Of a stretch of DNA of 64,000 nucleotides, positions 51,440 to 61,026 are shown piece by piece. Every line of letters begins with the position of its first letter. The stretch's first letter is position 1. The notes under the pieces were generated by a model, which was not told where the DNA came from, made no database searches, and saw nothing but the letters and a program-made list of their open reading frames with translations. The stretch is from an uncultured Alphaproteobacteria bacterium. Lineage in GTDB: Bacteria; Pseudomonadota; Alphaproteobacteria; Rs-D84. The stretch spans positions 30,681-94,680 of the forward strand of contig CAMRWN010000003.1 in NCBI GenBank assembly GCA_947054455.1. The letters are read 5' to 3'. A program made the translations under genes and the position numbers.

Positions 51440-52509
51440 TGAAAATTCTGGCCTGTTTGCTGGTGTTTTGTGTTGTGTCGCCCGCGGCGCGCGGTGCGAC
51501 CGAACTATCCAAAATTCAGGCCCAGATAAAACAAACCGAACAACAAAATCAAAAATTGGCGCAACAGGTCAAAACATCCGAACGTGATGTTGCCCAGACA
51601 AAAAAGAAACTGGTTCGGGCCGCGGACCAGGTCAGTACATTGGAACAACAGCGGGGTGAAATCGCCCGCAAGATAGAACAGCTGGACGCCCAGCGGGACA
51701 AACTGAACCGCGAACTGGCGCGGAACCGGTCGCGGGTTGCGGATTCTGCGGCCAGTATTCTGTTCGTGGCGTCGCATCCCAGTTTTGATTCTGAAAATAT
51801 GCGGGAATATGTTTTGACATCCGCGGTTTTGTCCGGTGCGGCCCAGCGTTTTGAAGAAGAGATTGACCGCGCCACCGCCCAGATTGCGGAATTAGAGGAA
51901 ATACGTCGCCAGCGCGCGATAGAAAAAGAAAAACTGGACCGGTCGGCAAAAAAATATGCCAATGAAAAACGTGATTTGGACAAACTGCTGCGTACACGAG
52001 CGGCCCAGAACGAAAAATTGAAAAGCCAGCAACAGGCGATGCAGAAAAAGTTGCGTGAATTGTCCGCGCGCGCAAAAAATATTTCGGAATTGTCGGCGGG
52101 GGTCGGTTCATCCAAGATGTCAGGCGATGCACGTTTTTCGCGCCGGAAATTAAATTTGCCGGTGCGCGGTCGTGTTGTCGTGCGTTATGGCGAAAAAACT
52201 GCGCTGGGGTTGGTTTCGGACGGGTGGCGCGTGCGCACGCGCGGCGATGCGCTGGTTATGGCGCCGGCCGACGGCGTGGTAAAATTTGCCGACAGCTTCA
52301 AGGGATTCGGCAAGGTTGTAATCATGTCCCACAAAAACGGGTATAATACGGTTATGACAAATCTGGGGACAATTGATGTCATGCCCGAGCAAGAGGTTCT
52401 GGGGGGCGAACCCATAGGCCGTATGAGCGCTGATAAGGAAGAGATGTATCTGGAGGTGCGGCGCGGCAATCGCGCGGTGGACCCCGCAAATTTGTTCCGC
52501 GAAGAATAA
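51436..52509 (+). CDS. EnvC-like murein hydrolase activator (coiled coil plus degenerate LytM/M23 domain)
   Basis: Signal peptide, then long Q/E/K/R coiled coils. The C-terminal M23 fold lacks the HxxxD/HxH metal ligands (..MTNLG.., ..MYLEVRRG..). The start overlaps the tyrS stop (ATGA). Confidence 0.75.
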   Translation: MMKILACLLVFCVVSPAARGATELSKIQAQIKQTEQQNQKLAQQVKTSERDVAQTKKKLVRAADQVSTLEQQRGEIARKIEQLDAQRDKLNRELARNRSRVADSAASILFVASHPSFDSENMREYVLTSAVLSGAAQRFEEEIDRATAQIAELEEIRRQRAIEKEKLDRSAKKYANEKRDLDKLLRTRAAQNEKLKSQQQAMQKKLRELSARAKNISELSAGVGSSKMSGDARFSRRKLNLPVRGRVVVRYGEKTALGLVSDGWRVRTRGDALVMAPADGVVKFADSFKGFGKVVIMSHKNGYNTVMTNLGTIDVMPEQEVLGGEPIGRMSADKEEMYLEVRRGNRAVDPANLFREE

Positions 52510-52537
52510 ATACGCCCCGTTCGGGGCGTATTTATTT
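52510..52537. terminator. Intrinsic terminator
   Basis: atacgccccg-ttc-ggggcgtat hairpin followed by a T-rich tail. Confidence 0.65.
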
Positions 52538-52538
52538 G

Positions 52539-53261
52539 TTATAAGATTTTTGAGCCACGCAGTTGTTTTAAAATTTCTCTCTGGGTTCTCAGCTGACATT
52601 CTGACATATATTGGGTATATGCGCGTTTATCTCCATTCGCACGGTTAATTATCGCCTGGATATATGCTTGTTTGTCGCTGCGCTTGTTGAATGTAATGGG
52701 TCGAAATCCGTTTTGAAGCAACATCCAGTTCATGATTAGTCTGGCGGTGCGTTTGTTGAAATCGTCAAACGGCTGCAGCATTATTATATTGTAATGTGCA
52801 TCGTATGCGCGTGTAAATATATCGTGTTTTGAATGGTTTATGTTATATACAATTTGTGCCAATTCGTATTCAATAAAACGGCTGTCCGGTGCGTTGTACT
52901 GCAGACCGTTTACACTCATGTTCAACCTGCAGTTCGCTGTACGGAAATTTGAGCCTTCGATATGCGTGTTTTGACACAGCAGGTGATGAATATGACGTAT
53001 GCTGTCGACAGAAATTTCCTGGTTTGTATTTTCTATGATATAATCGTATGCAATACTGATGTTGGACATACTGGTGTAATCAAAGTATTTTTTTGGTACC
53101 GGACACAAAACTTGTGGTTCTTCGTACGCGATTTGACGCCGCAGCCAATTCAGGTTATTTGTGCGCTTTACAGAAGAAAAACTGTTAAAACATTTATCCA
53201 GTTCATCCCGATTGGATATGATGCGCTCCTTTGTCGTAGGAATTGCTTTTTTTGGGGTCAT
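52539..53261 (-). CDS. Fic-fold protein with a degenerate active-site motif (240 aa)
   Basis: The likely start is MTPKKAIPTT at 53261; the track ORF to 53540 crosses hairpins and T runs. The core reads ...AHYNIIMLQPFDDFNKRTARLIMNWML. The Fic consensus is HPFx[DE]GNGRxxR. Confidence 0.6.
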   Translation of the reverse strand: MTPKKAIPTTKERIISNRDELDKCFNSFSSVKRTNNLNWLRRQIAYEEPQVLCPVPKKYFDYTSMSNISIAYDYIIENTNQEISVDSIRHIHHLLCQNTHIEGSNFRTANCRLNMSVNGLQYNAPDSRFIEYELAQIVYNINHSKHDIFTRAYDAHYNIIMLQPFDDFNKRTARLIMNWMLLQNGFRPITFNKRSDKQAYIQAIINRANGDKRAYTQYMSECQLRTQREILKQLRGSKIL

Positions 53262-53283
53262 GTTTTTCTCTTTTGTGTTTGCG

Positions 53284-53385
53284 TTCTGCCTGATCCAAAC
53301 CACCGTTTGCGGTGGTGTTTTTTTTATTTTTTTGTTTTCCCGGTTTTCCGGGATTTTTATCCGCCTGATTCTGCCTAATCCAAAC
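53284..53385. repeat. 17-nt direct repeat pair plus two hairpins in the Fic/ctpA intergenic region
   Basis: ttctgcctgatccaaac (53284-53300) and ttctgcctaatccaaac (53369-53385). Between them lie accacc-gtttgc-ggtggt followed by a T8 run, and tcccgg-tttt-ccggga followed by a T5 run. Confidence 0.6.
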
Positions 53386-53564
53386 GGTGGTTTGGATTTA
53401 GTGGTAAAAAGGTGGTTCCTTATAAGTATTTTATAGTACATAAAATAAAGTTTGTCAATAGCTTGTCCCAAAAATTTAATAAATGTATGAAAATCGCGCT
53501 TGCGGTGGTCGTCCTTTTGTTTTATGGTATTTTCATACATTATATATGCATAAAAGGAAAGGGC

Positions 53565-54992
53565 ATGTTAAAGAAATTTTTGGTTTTGGCGGTATTATTT
53601 TTGCCGGTTTGCACATTGGCGGCGCCCAAGAAACAAAAGGATGAACCCGTTGTTCATCTGACTGACGAACAGATATATGAAGAATTGAAAAAACTGGCGC
53701 TGGTGTTTGAAATCGCCCGTGATAATTTTGTAGAGGAGGCCGACGAAAAAAAGATGCTGGAGGCAGCAATGAACGGCATGCTGGGGGCGTTGGATCCGCA
53801 TTCTTCGTATTTGTCGGCCGATGATTTCAAAGAATTCAGCGATAAATCCCACGGGGAATTCGGCGGACTGGGGATTCAGATTACCAGCGACCGCGGCGCA
53901 GTTCGCGTTATCGCGCCCATCGATGATACGCCGGCGGCCAAGGCCGGAATCAAGGCCGGTGATTATATAACCCACATTGACGGCGACCAGGTTTTTGACC
54001 TGACCCTGAATCAGGCGGTAAAAAAAATGAAGGGCCGGCCCGGTACCAAGGTAAAGCTGACGGTGGTGTCTGATGGCCAGGAACCAAAGACAATGACGCT
54101 GAAACGCGCGATAATAAAGGTAAAATCCGTCAAATTCGAAGAAAAATCAATCGCGGATGCCGACGATGATTCAAATGAAAAAATCGGATACATAAGAATT
54201 TCCGATTTCGGCGCCACAACGGCCAAAGAATTGCGCAGTGCGCTGGAAACACTGGAAAAAAAGAATGTGGTCGGATATGTGCTGGACGTTCGGAACAATC
54301 CGGGCGGATATCTGACGGCGGCGATAGATGTTTCCGACGCGTTTCTGGACGGCGGGGAAATTGTGTCGACACGCGGCAAGGGCAAGACCGATATAGAACG
54401 TTCATTTGCCAAACCGGGCGACATGGCCAACGGCAAGCCGGTTGTTGTTCTGATAAACCATGGTTCGGCATCGGCGTCTGAAATTGTGGCGGGCGCGCTG
54501 CAGGATAATGGTCGCGGACTGGTCATGGGTTCCCAGTCTTTTGGCAAGGGCAGTGTCCAGCAGCAAAAGCCGCTGGGGGATGGTACGGCAATTCATATAA
54601 CAATCGCGCGGTATTATACGCCGTCGGGACGCTCTATCCAGAACGAGGGTATAACCCCAGATATCGAAGTTCTGCACAGTAAAATTGAGGTTCTGGAGAA
54701 AAAGGAAAGCATGTATTCCGAGGCGTCGTTTAAAAATTCCCTGAAGAACGAGGATGCCAAAAAGAAGGATGAAAAGAAATCCGATGACGAAGAATCCAAG
54801 GAACTGACGGATGCGGAAAAGGATGCGCTGGATTATCAGCTGCAGCGCGCAATGGATATGGTTCGGGCCATGTCGAAAATGCAGGCGCGAGCAAAAAAAG
54901 CGCCTGAAAAAGATGGCGCCGCAGACAAGTCCGATGACAAGCAGGATGCTGCTGAAACCAAGAAAGTGGACAAGAAAGTGGAAAAAAAGTAA
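53565..54992 (+). CDS. ctpA: Carboxy-terminal processing protease (S41) with a K/E-rich C-terminal tail
   Basis: Signal peptide MLKKFLVLAVLFLPVCTLAAP, a PDZ domain (GGLGIQITSD...AGIKAGDYITHIDG), and the catalytic region LINHGSASASEIVAGALQD. Confidence 0.88.
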   Translation: MLKKFLVLAVLFLPVCTLAAPKKQKDEPVVHLTDEQIYEELKKLALVFEIARDNFVEEADEKKMLEAAMNGMLGALDPHSSYLSADDFKEFSDKSHGEFGGLGIQITSDRGAVRVIAPIDDTPAAKAGIKAGDYITHIDGDQVFDLTLNQAVKKMKGRPGTKVKLTVVSDGQEPKTMTLKRAIIKVKSVKFEEKSIADADDDSNEKIGYIRISDFGATTAKELRSALETLEKKNVVGYVLDVRNNPGGYLTAAIDVSDAFLDGGEIVSTRGKGKTDIERSFAKPGDMANGKPVVVLINHGSASASEIVAGALQDNGRGLVMGSQSFGKGSVQQQKPLGDGTAIHITIARYYTPSGRSIQNEGITPDIEVLHSKIEVLEKKESMYSEASFKNSLKNEDAKKKDEKKSDDEESKELTDAEKDALDYQLQRAMDMVRAMSKMQARAKKAPEKDGAADKSDDKQDAAETKKVDKKVEKK

Positions 54993-54997
54993 AATAA

Positions 54998-55018
54998 AAC
55001 GGGGCGACGCCCCGTTTT
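54998..55018. terminator. Bidirectional intrinsic terminator
   Basis: aacggggcg-a-cgccccgtt hairpin flanked by A and T runs. Confidence 0.7.
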
Positions 55019-55019
55019 A

Positions 55020-55565
55020 TTATCTGGTTTTAATGTCATAATTACGCATAAATATCGCGTCGCACATGTTCTTTTTCAAGGCCAGTTCCGGCGAGATGAT
55101 AATTTCTTGTTTGCTGGGAACGGTTTTTCGCAGGTTAATGTCGTATGTGTCGGGATAGTAGTAAAGATAGCCCGATTCTTCGTAAATATTGCGGAATCCC
55201 GGCGTGGCGATTTCATGAATGAACTGATGAACCCAACCGTTCATACATGTGGGACCGACTATGTTTGATTCTATCGCAACGTCGTGAAGTTTGGCGTCGC
55301 GCAGCATGTTGAAAAAGCGTTCTGTCTGGCGTGGGTAGCTCTGCTGGTCGGGGCATGCCAGGCAGAAACGAATAACGGGCATCTGTATCATTTGTTGTTT
55401 ACGCAACCGGTCGGCCAGATTGATTTTTTGTTCGATTAAATCATGCATGGCGTTGTAAAACTGATAACGGTTTGTATAATTCAGCGTGCCGCCGATAAAA
55501 ACCGTGTCATGTTCGACATAGTTTTGGTCAGTAAGTGAATTCGGTTTTCTGGTTCTTGACGCCAT
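55020..55565 (-). CDS. Hypothetical protein (AT-rich orphan)
   Basis: The ORF has a likely start at MASRTRKPNS (55565, SD agggga). I see no recognisable motif. Confidence 0.45.
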   Translation of the reverse strand: MASRTRKPNSLTDQNYVEHDTVFIGGTLNYTNRYQFYNAMHDLIEQKINLADRLRKQQMIQMPVIRFCLACPDQQSYPRQTERFFNMLRDAKLHDVAIESNIVGPTCMNGWVHQFIHEIATPGFRNIYEESGYLYYYPDTYDINLRKTVPSKQEIIISPELALKKNMCDAIFMRNYDIKTR

Positions 55566-55713
55566 TTTTTTCCCCTGTTGGTTTAATTTTTTCTTTGATA
55601 ATAAATATATAGTACAAAGTTTATTGTTTGTCAATGCTTAAATAACAAATTCTTGCCTTGGATGAATTTTCGGGCTATTATTTCCACAGCGTTAATTTAT
55701 CAAGGAAGAAAAA

Positions 55714-58700
55714 ATGTCAAAACTGATTGTTGATGGCAACTGGGCTGCGGCCGACGTTGCGTACAGATGTGTTGATTTTGCGGCGATTTATCCCATCACC
55801 CCCAGCAGCACCATGGGCGAGTTGGCAGACGAATGGTCGTTTCAGCACAAAAAGAACATATGGGGCGCGATACCCCAGATAATTGAAATGCAATCCGAGG
55901 CCGGCGCCGCAGGCGCCATGCACGGCGCGCTGCAAATGGGGGCGCTCGCCACGACGTTCACCGCGTCCCAGGGATTGCTGCTGATGATTCCGAATATGTA
56001 CAAGATTGCGGGCGAACAGACGCCGTTTGTTATGCATGTGGCGGCGCGCGCGTTGGCCACGCACGCATTGTCTATTTTCGGCGACCACAGCGACGTTATG
56101 TCCGTACGTTCGACCGGATTTGCAATGCTTAGCAGCCACAACGTCCAACAGGCGCATGACATGGCCGCAATCGCACATGCGGCGACACTGCGGGCGCGCG
56201 TGCCGTTCCTGCATTTCTTTGACGGGTTCCGCACCAGCCACGAGGAATCGCGTCTGACGCGAATTGATGACGATGTTTTGCATAAAATGATTCCGGACGA
56301 TTTGGTCTTGGAAAACCGTGCGCGCGGCATGACGCCGGATAATCCGACGGTTCGCGGCACGGCGCAAAACCCTGATGTGTACTTCCAAGGGCGCGAGGCA
56401 GCAAATCCCCTGTATGTAAAAACGCCTGAAATCGTCCAGGAATGCATGGATTTGTTTGCCACACTTACGGGCCGGGCGTATCATTTGGTCGATTATGTCG
56501 GCGATGCGGATGCAGAAAATGTAATTGTCGCCATGGGCAGCGCCTGCGAAACCATCGAAGAAACCCTGCCGCATTTGCCGGCCGGACTGGGCTTGCTTAA
56601 GATTCATCTGTATCGTCCGTTCCCGGCGGCTGCGTTTATGGCGGCGTTGCCAAAGACGGTCAAAAGAATTGCGGTTCTGGACCGCACCAAGGAACCGGGT
56701 TCAATCGGCGAACCGCTGTACCAGGATGTCAAGACGGTTGTCGGCGACCAGGCAGAGGTTTTTGGCGGCCGATATGGCCTGGGGTCAAAGGAGTTCAAGC
56801 CGCGCGATGTCAAGGCTGTATACGAAGGGCTGATGCGCGGGACGCTGCATCACAATTTTACGGTCGGAATAGAAGACGACCTGACGAATCTGTCGCTGAA
56901 GACGGATGCGGCGTTTGCGGTCGAAGACCCGAATTTTAAAACAGCGGTGTTGTACGGTATCGGTTCGGACGGCACGGTTGGTGCAGTTAAAAACATCGTA
57001 AAGATTGTCGGTGAAAATTCCGACCTGTATCCGCAGTCCTATGCGGTTTACGATTCCAAGAAATCAGGTGGCCTGACCGCGTCGCATATACGCTTTTCCG
57101 ATGCGCCAATCAAAAGCCAGTACCTGGTCGAGGTGGCGGATTTCATCAGCGTGTCCAATTTCATGATTGCACAGCGTTTTGACGTGTTCCGCGGGCTGCG
57201 CGCCGGGGGAACCGTAATGATTAACACGTCGATGGCGCCTGATACGGCGTTTTCAAACCTGCCGCGTGAAACACAGGAACATCTGATAAGAATGCGCGCA
57301 CGCGTGTATTTCCTGGACGCGAACCGCGCCGCGGCGCAGCTGGGGCTGGGCAACCGCATCAATACGTTCATTATGTTGAACTTCTTTAATTTGACGCATG
57401 TCATCGACCCGGCGGTGGCGGCGGCGGCGGCGAAAATCGCGATTGAAAAAACATACAAGAAAAAGGGAATGGATGTCGTAGAGGCCAATTGGGCCGCGGT
57501 TGACAAGGCGTCCGAATATCTGCACGAGTACGTGTTGCCGTCATCTGTTTCAAATTTTGCGCCTGATTTTGTGCCTGCCATGACATCGGATGCGCCGGCG
57601 GAAATTGCAGGCACCCTGGGCGAGATTGCAGCCCAGCGCGGAGATGCGATACCGGTGTCGCGTTTCCGTGTCGACGGCCAGTTCGGGGGCGGTCAGTATC
57701 CGGTGGGTACATCGAAATATGAAAAGCGCGCCATTTCACCGATGGTTGCGACATGCGATTTGGAAAAATGTATCCAGTGCGGCAAGTGTTCAATGCTGTG
57801 CCCGCATGCGGCCATACGCATCAAGGCCATGACGGCCCAGCAGGCGCAGGAAGCACGCGACCAGGGCATTATCGTCGTACCGATGAAGACGCCTGAACTG
57901 GGGCCCGACATGTATTTCACGCTGAATATTTCCCCGGCGGACTGCACGGGATGCAATATCTGTGTTAATAATTGTCCGGTGCGCGCATTGGCGTTGGCGC
58001 CGTACGCGGATGCCGCGAAAAATCAGGCCGCGTTTGATGCGGCGGAAAAATTGCCGGATATGCCGCGTGATAAACTGAATCTGAACATACCAAAGCATGT
58101 TGAGATGCTGCCGCATTATTTTGAATTCCCGGGCGCGTGCGCGGGATGCGGTGAAACGCCGTATGTCAGAATGCTGGCACATTTGTTCGGCGACCGCATG
58201 GTTGTGGCGAATGCGACGGGATGTTCGTCGATTTACGGGGCGAACCTGCCGACAACGCCGTGGACCAAGGATGCCGCGGGGCGTGGTCCGGCGTGGTCGA
58301 ATTCGCTGTTCGAAGACAATGCGGAATATGGTCTGGGGATGAGACTGGCGCTGAATCAAAAGCGTGAAACCCTGAAAAGCCTGTTGTTTGAATTGAACAT
58401 CCCGAATATAGAGGAAATGTTCAACGAAACCAATCCGGCAAAATCCCGCGAATACGAAACCGAATTGCGCGGGCGCCTGGCCGGCATTGACGGCCCGCGC
58501 GCCAGACTGGCCGAAAGTCTGATCGGTGAAATCGTTGATAAATCCGTTTGGATTATCGGTGGCGACGGATGGGCGTATGATATCGGCTATGGCGGTTTGG
58601 ACCATATCCTGCACAGCGGCGAGAATGTAAACATTCTGGTTCTGGATACCGAAGGATATTCCAACACCGGCGGCCAGCAGTCAAAGTCAACACCGTTTGG

Positions 58701-59220
58701 CGCCAGCATGAAATTTGCAATCGGCGGCAAGGAACATGCTAAAAAGGATTTGGGTATGATTGCGATGATGTCCGGCGCATATGTCGCGCAAATCGCAATG
58801 GGGGCGAACCAGGCCCAGGCCGTGCGCGCCATGCGCGAAGCGGAAAGTTTCCCCGGCCCGTCGATTATATTGGCGTATGCGCCGTGTATCGCGCACGGGT
58901 TTGCGCTGCAAAACGGGGTTCAGCATCAGACCCAATTGGTTCAGACGGGCGCATGGCCGCTGTACCGGTTTGACCCGCGCCTGATTTTGGCGGGACAAAA
59001 TCCGCTGATGATGGATTCCAACGTCGATAATCCGACACCGCTGGAAGATTTTCTGAAGACCGAATCCAGATTCGGTGCGGCGCGTGCGTCAAATCCCAAT
59101 TTTGAAAACCTGGTTGACGCAGCCAAGGAAAACAACGCCTACAAGGCGCAGCTTAAAAAGTACATCGCGCATTTCGCGATGCAGTCAAAGCCGAACAAGA
59201 AAGAAAACGGCGAAGGCTAG
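55714..59220 (+). CDS. nifJ: Pyruvate:ferredoxin (flavodoxin) oxidoreductase, single-chain NifJ type
   Basis: 1168 aa. Two 4Fe-4S motifs are present (CIQCGKCSMLCPHAAI, CTGCNICVNNCP), and the TPP-binding region is GGDGWAYDIGYGGLDH. Confidence 0.93.
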   Translation: MSKLIVDGNWAAADVAYRCVDFAAIYPITPSSTMGELADEWSFQHKKNIWGAIPQIIEMQSEAGAAGAMHGALQMGALATTFTASQGLLLMIPNMYKIAGEQTPFVMHVAARALATHALSIFGDHSDVMSVRSTGFAMLSSHNVQQAHDMAAIAHAATLRARVPFLHFFDGFRTSHEESRLTRIDDDVLHKMIPDDLVLENRARGMTPDNPTVRGTAQNPDVYFQGREAANPLYVKTPEIVQECMDLFATLTGRAYHLVDYVGDADAENVIVAMGSACETIEETLPHLPAGLGLLKIHLYRPFPAAAFMAALPKTVKRIAVLDRTKEPGSIGEPLYQDVKTVVGDQAEVFGGRYGLGSKEFKPRDVKAVYEGLMRGTLHHNFTVGIEDDLTNLSLKTDAAFAVEDPNFKTAVLYGIGSDGTVGAVKNIVKIVGENSDLYPQSYAVYDSKKSGGLTASHIRFSDAPIKSQYLVEVADFISVSNFMIAQRFDVFRGLRAGGTVMINTSMAPDTAFSNLPRETQEHLIRMRARVYFLDANRAAAQLGLGNRINTFIMLNFFNLTHVIDPAVAAAAAKIAIEKTYKKKGMDVVEANWAAVDKASEYLHEYVLPSSVSNFAPDFVPAMTSDAPAEIAGTLGEIAAQRGDAIPVSRFRVDGQFGGGQYPVGTSKYEKRAISPMVATCDLEKCIQCGKCSMLCPHAAIRIKAMTAQQAQEARDQGIIVVPMKTPELGPDMYFTLNISPADCTGCNICVNNCPVRALALAPYADAAKNQAAFDAAEKLPDMPRDKLNLNIPKHVEMLPHYFEFPGACAGCGETPYVRMLAHLFGDRMVVANATGCSSIYGANLPTTPWTKDAAGRGPAWSNSLFEDNAEYGLGMRLALNQKRETLKSLLFELNIPNIEEMFNETNPAKSREYETELRGRLAGIDGPRARLAESLIGEIVDKSVWIIGGDGWAYDIGYGGLDHILHSGENVNILVLDTEGYSNTGGQQSKSTPFGASMKFAIGGKEHAKKDLGMIAMMSGAYVAQIAMGANQAQAVRAMREAESFPGPSIILAYAPCIAHGFALQNGVQHQTQLVQTGAWPLYRFDPRLILAGQNPLMMDSNVDNPTPLEDFLKTESRFGAARASNPNFENLVDAAKENNAYKAQLKKYIAHFAMQSKPNKKENGEG

Positions 59221-59245
59221 GGCCGGCTGCATGGCGGTAAAAAAA

Positions 59246-59269
59246 ACGGCGGTTTACCCGCCGTTTTTT
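59246..59269. terminator. Intrinsic terminator after PFOR
   Basis: acggcgg-tttac-ccgccgt hairpin followed by a T6 run. Confidence 0.75.
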
Positions 59270-59278
59270 CATGCCGAT

Positions 59279-59782
59279 TTAACGGCTGCGTTCATGGTTC
59301 ATTCTGAACTGCATCATGCGATACTGATTCAGTTCCAGCTGACCTGTTTTTCCGTCATAGCTGGGTTTCTCGAATTCCGTGTTCAATTCGCGCTTGTAAT
59401 AGTACGCGGTGTGTGCGACCGTGTTTTCGAATTCGCGCGCCAGGTTTTTATACGCTTTCTGGGCGGCGGCGGCACCAAATGCAGGCGCCGGCGATCGCGC
59501 GATAAAGATACCCTTTGACATGTCGGCCATAAACAGACCGGTGTCTTGCTCGGTTCCTTTGTCGGCGGGCGCGGATGCGATTGCATATTCAAAAAATACC
59601 ATTTCGGGGCCGAAATTTAATTTCTTGCGCAAATCGTTTTTTATGATATATTTTGTGTCATTTAAATACAGCACTCTTATATCGTTGCTGTATTGGCTTA
59701 CGGGTTGACGCAGCCGGGCCACATTCATGTTTCGTTCGTCGCGAATATAGGCCATTTCAATTTCTATTTGTTCGTTGTACAT
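59279..59782 (-). CDS. Hypothetical protein (167 aa)
   Basis: The ATG at 59782 is preceded by aaggag (MYNEQIEIEMAYIRDE...). The track ORF start at 59839 is less likely. No motif was recognised. Confidence 0.5.
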   Translation of the reverse strand: MYNEQIEIEMAYIRDERNMNVARLRQPVSQYSNDIRVLYLNDTKYIIKNDLRKKLNFGPEMVFFEYAIASAPADKGTEQDTGLFMADMSKGIFIARSPAPAFGAAAAQKAYKNLAREFENTVAHTAYYYKRELNTEFEKPSYDGKTGQLELNQYRMMQFRMNHERSR

Positions 59783-59884
59783 AATCTGCTCCTTACGAAT
59801 ACCAAGAATAATACTTACAAAAAAAAAAAATGTCAACAAATATTTTCATTGCATTTGAATGCGGGTTTGTTGTAAATTGAAAGC

Positions 59885-60313
59885 ATGAAAAAGATTTTAC
59901 TGATTTGCTCGATTTTTTTGGCCGCATGCACTTTTCAGACCAAGCATCGCGGATATGTCTTTCCGTCTGATTTGGACGATGTGGCGTCATCCATTCGTAC
60001 GACCGCCGCGCTGCGTGATAAAATTGGCGCCCCCCAGGCCAAGACCCTGTACGGGGACGAGGTATGGATTTATTACGGCGCCGATGAAAATTATCGCGGG
60101 CCGCTGCCTAAAACATATGACAACCGGACGGTTTTGCTGGCGTGGGTTCGGGGCAGCCGGGTTGTCAAAACACAGATTTTGCGGGATGCGGATTTGCCGA
60201 CTGTAAAAATTGCAGATGGCGAAACCCAGATTCCGGCCGCCATTGAACTGAACGCAGTCGAAGAATTGTTTAATAATATTGGACGATTCTCGCCGGCGGG
60301 GCTGGGGCAATAA
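59885..60313 (+). CDS. bamE: Outer-membrane assembly lipoprotein BamE (SmpA/OmlA family)
   Basis: Lipobox MKKILLICSIFLAAC. The sequence HRGYVFPSDLDDV...IGAPQAKTLYGDEVWIYY and the tail ...ELFNNIGRF resemble alphaproteobacterial BamE. Confidence 0.6.
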   Translation: MKKILLICSIFLAACTFQTKHRGYVFPSDLDDVASSIRTTAALRDKIGAPQAKTLYGDEVWIYYGADENYRGPLPKTYDNRTVLLAWVRGSRVVKTQILRDADLPTVKIADGETQIPAAIELNAVEELFNNIGRFSPAGLGQ

Positions 60314-60369
60314 TAAAAAACTTTGAATAAACGGCGGAAAAGTGTAAAATATTGCACAAAGAGAGAGTC

Positions 60370-60909
60370 ATGAAAAAAATAATTTGCGCTGCTTTTGTCT
60401 TTGCAATGTTATTTGTGTCCGCACATGGGGCGTTTACATCATGCGGGGCCGGGTATACATTGGAAGGGCATGCCAAGATTGATGGCATAAACGCCGCGGA
60501 ATGCCAGAAATTATGGTGCCGTGATTTAGAAACGGGGCGTGCCATGGGCGCCGGGAAAAATCCGGCCGCCGGGTACAAGGCGACGTCCGCCCCGTATGAG
60601 TTGTGTGATGCGGAAAATCATTGCATTGAATGTTTTGGCGACAGAAAATGGTGTGCGGGCGAACCGGCCGGAATATGGAATCCGGAATACGGCGCATATA
60701 CGCGCGGCGGGGATGACAACGCCACGTACCAGTCATATCAAAAGGGCGGATGCTTTACATGGCGTTTGGAAAAACCGAACTGTTCGGACGGCAAATCCGC
60801 GATTTTACGCGGCGGTGAATGGGTCTGCGTGTCGTCTGTGGGCTCGACAGAGGGCGGACGCGCCCCCAGCATACGCCGAACAGGTACTATGCGTCGTATA
60901 ATTCGATAA
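60370..60909 (+). CDS. Cys-rich secreted protein (179 aa)
   Basis: Signal peptide MKKIICAAFVFAMLFVSAHGA. Cys contexts are CGAGY, CQKLWC, CDAENHCIECFGDRKWC, GGCFTW and PNCSDG. The C-terminus is basic. Confidence 0.65.
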   Translation: MKKIICAAFVFAMLFVSAHGAFTSCGAGYTLEGHAKIDGINAAECQKLWCRDLETGRAMGAGKNPAAGYKATSAPYELCDAENHCIECFGDRKWCAGEPAGIWNPEYGAYTRGGDDNATYQSYQKGGCFTWRLEKPNCSDGKSAILRGGEWVCVSSVGSTEGGRAPSIRRTGTMRRIIR

Positions 60910-60912
60910 AAA

Positions 60913-60939
60913 ATGCGTCAAAATTGACGCATTTTTTTT
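60913..60939 (+). terminator. Intrinsic terminator
   Basis: atgcgtca-aaat-tgacgcat hairpin followed by a T8 run. Confidence 0.75.
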
Positions 60940-61026
60940 ATTTTGGTCAAATATTTGTTTTTCGGCTTTTTTATGGTATAATGCATGGGATAGAGAGAGT
61001 GGCAACATTGTTAAAGGGTATGCCTT

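Noticed and set aside
55020-55565. A faint resemblance of the orphan 55020-55565 protein to a ClpP/SppA-like fold (VFIGGTLNY..., ...NIVGPTCMNGW).
   Set aside because: The similarity is by eye only, with no catalytic Ser-His-Asp alignment I can defend. I left it as hypothetical.
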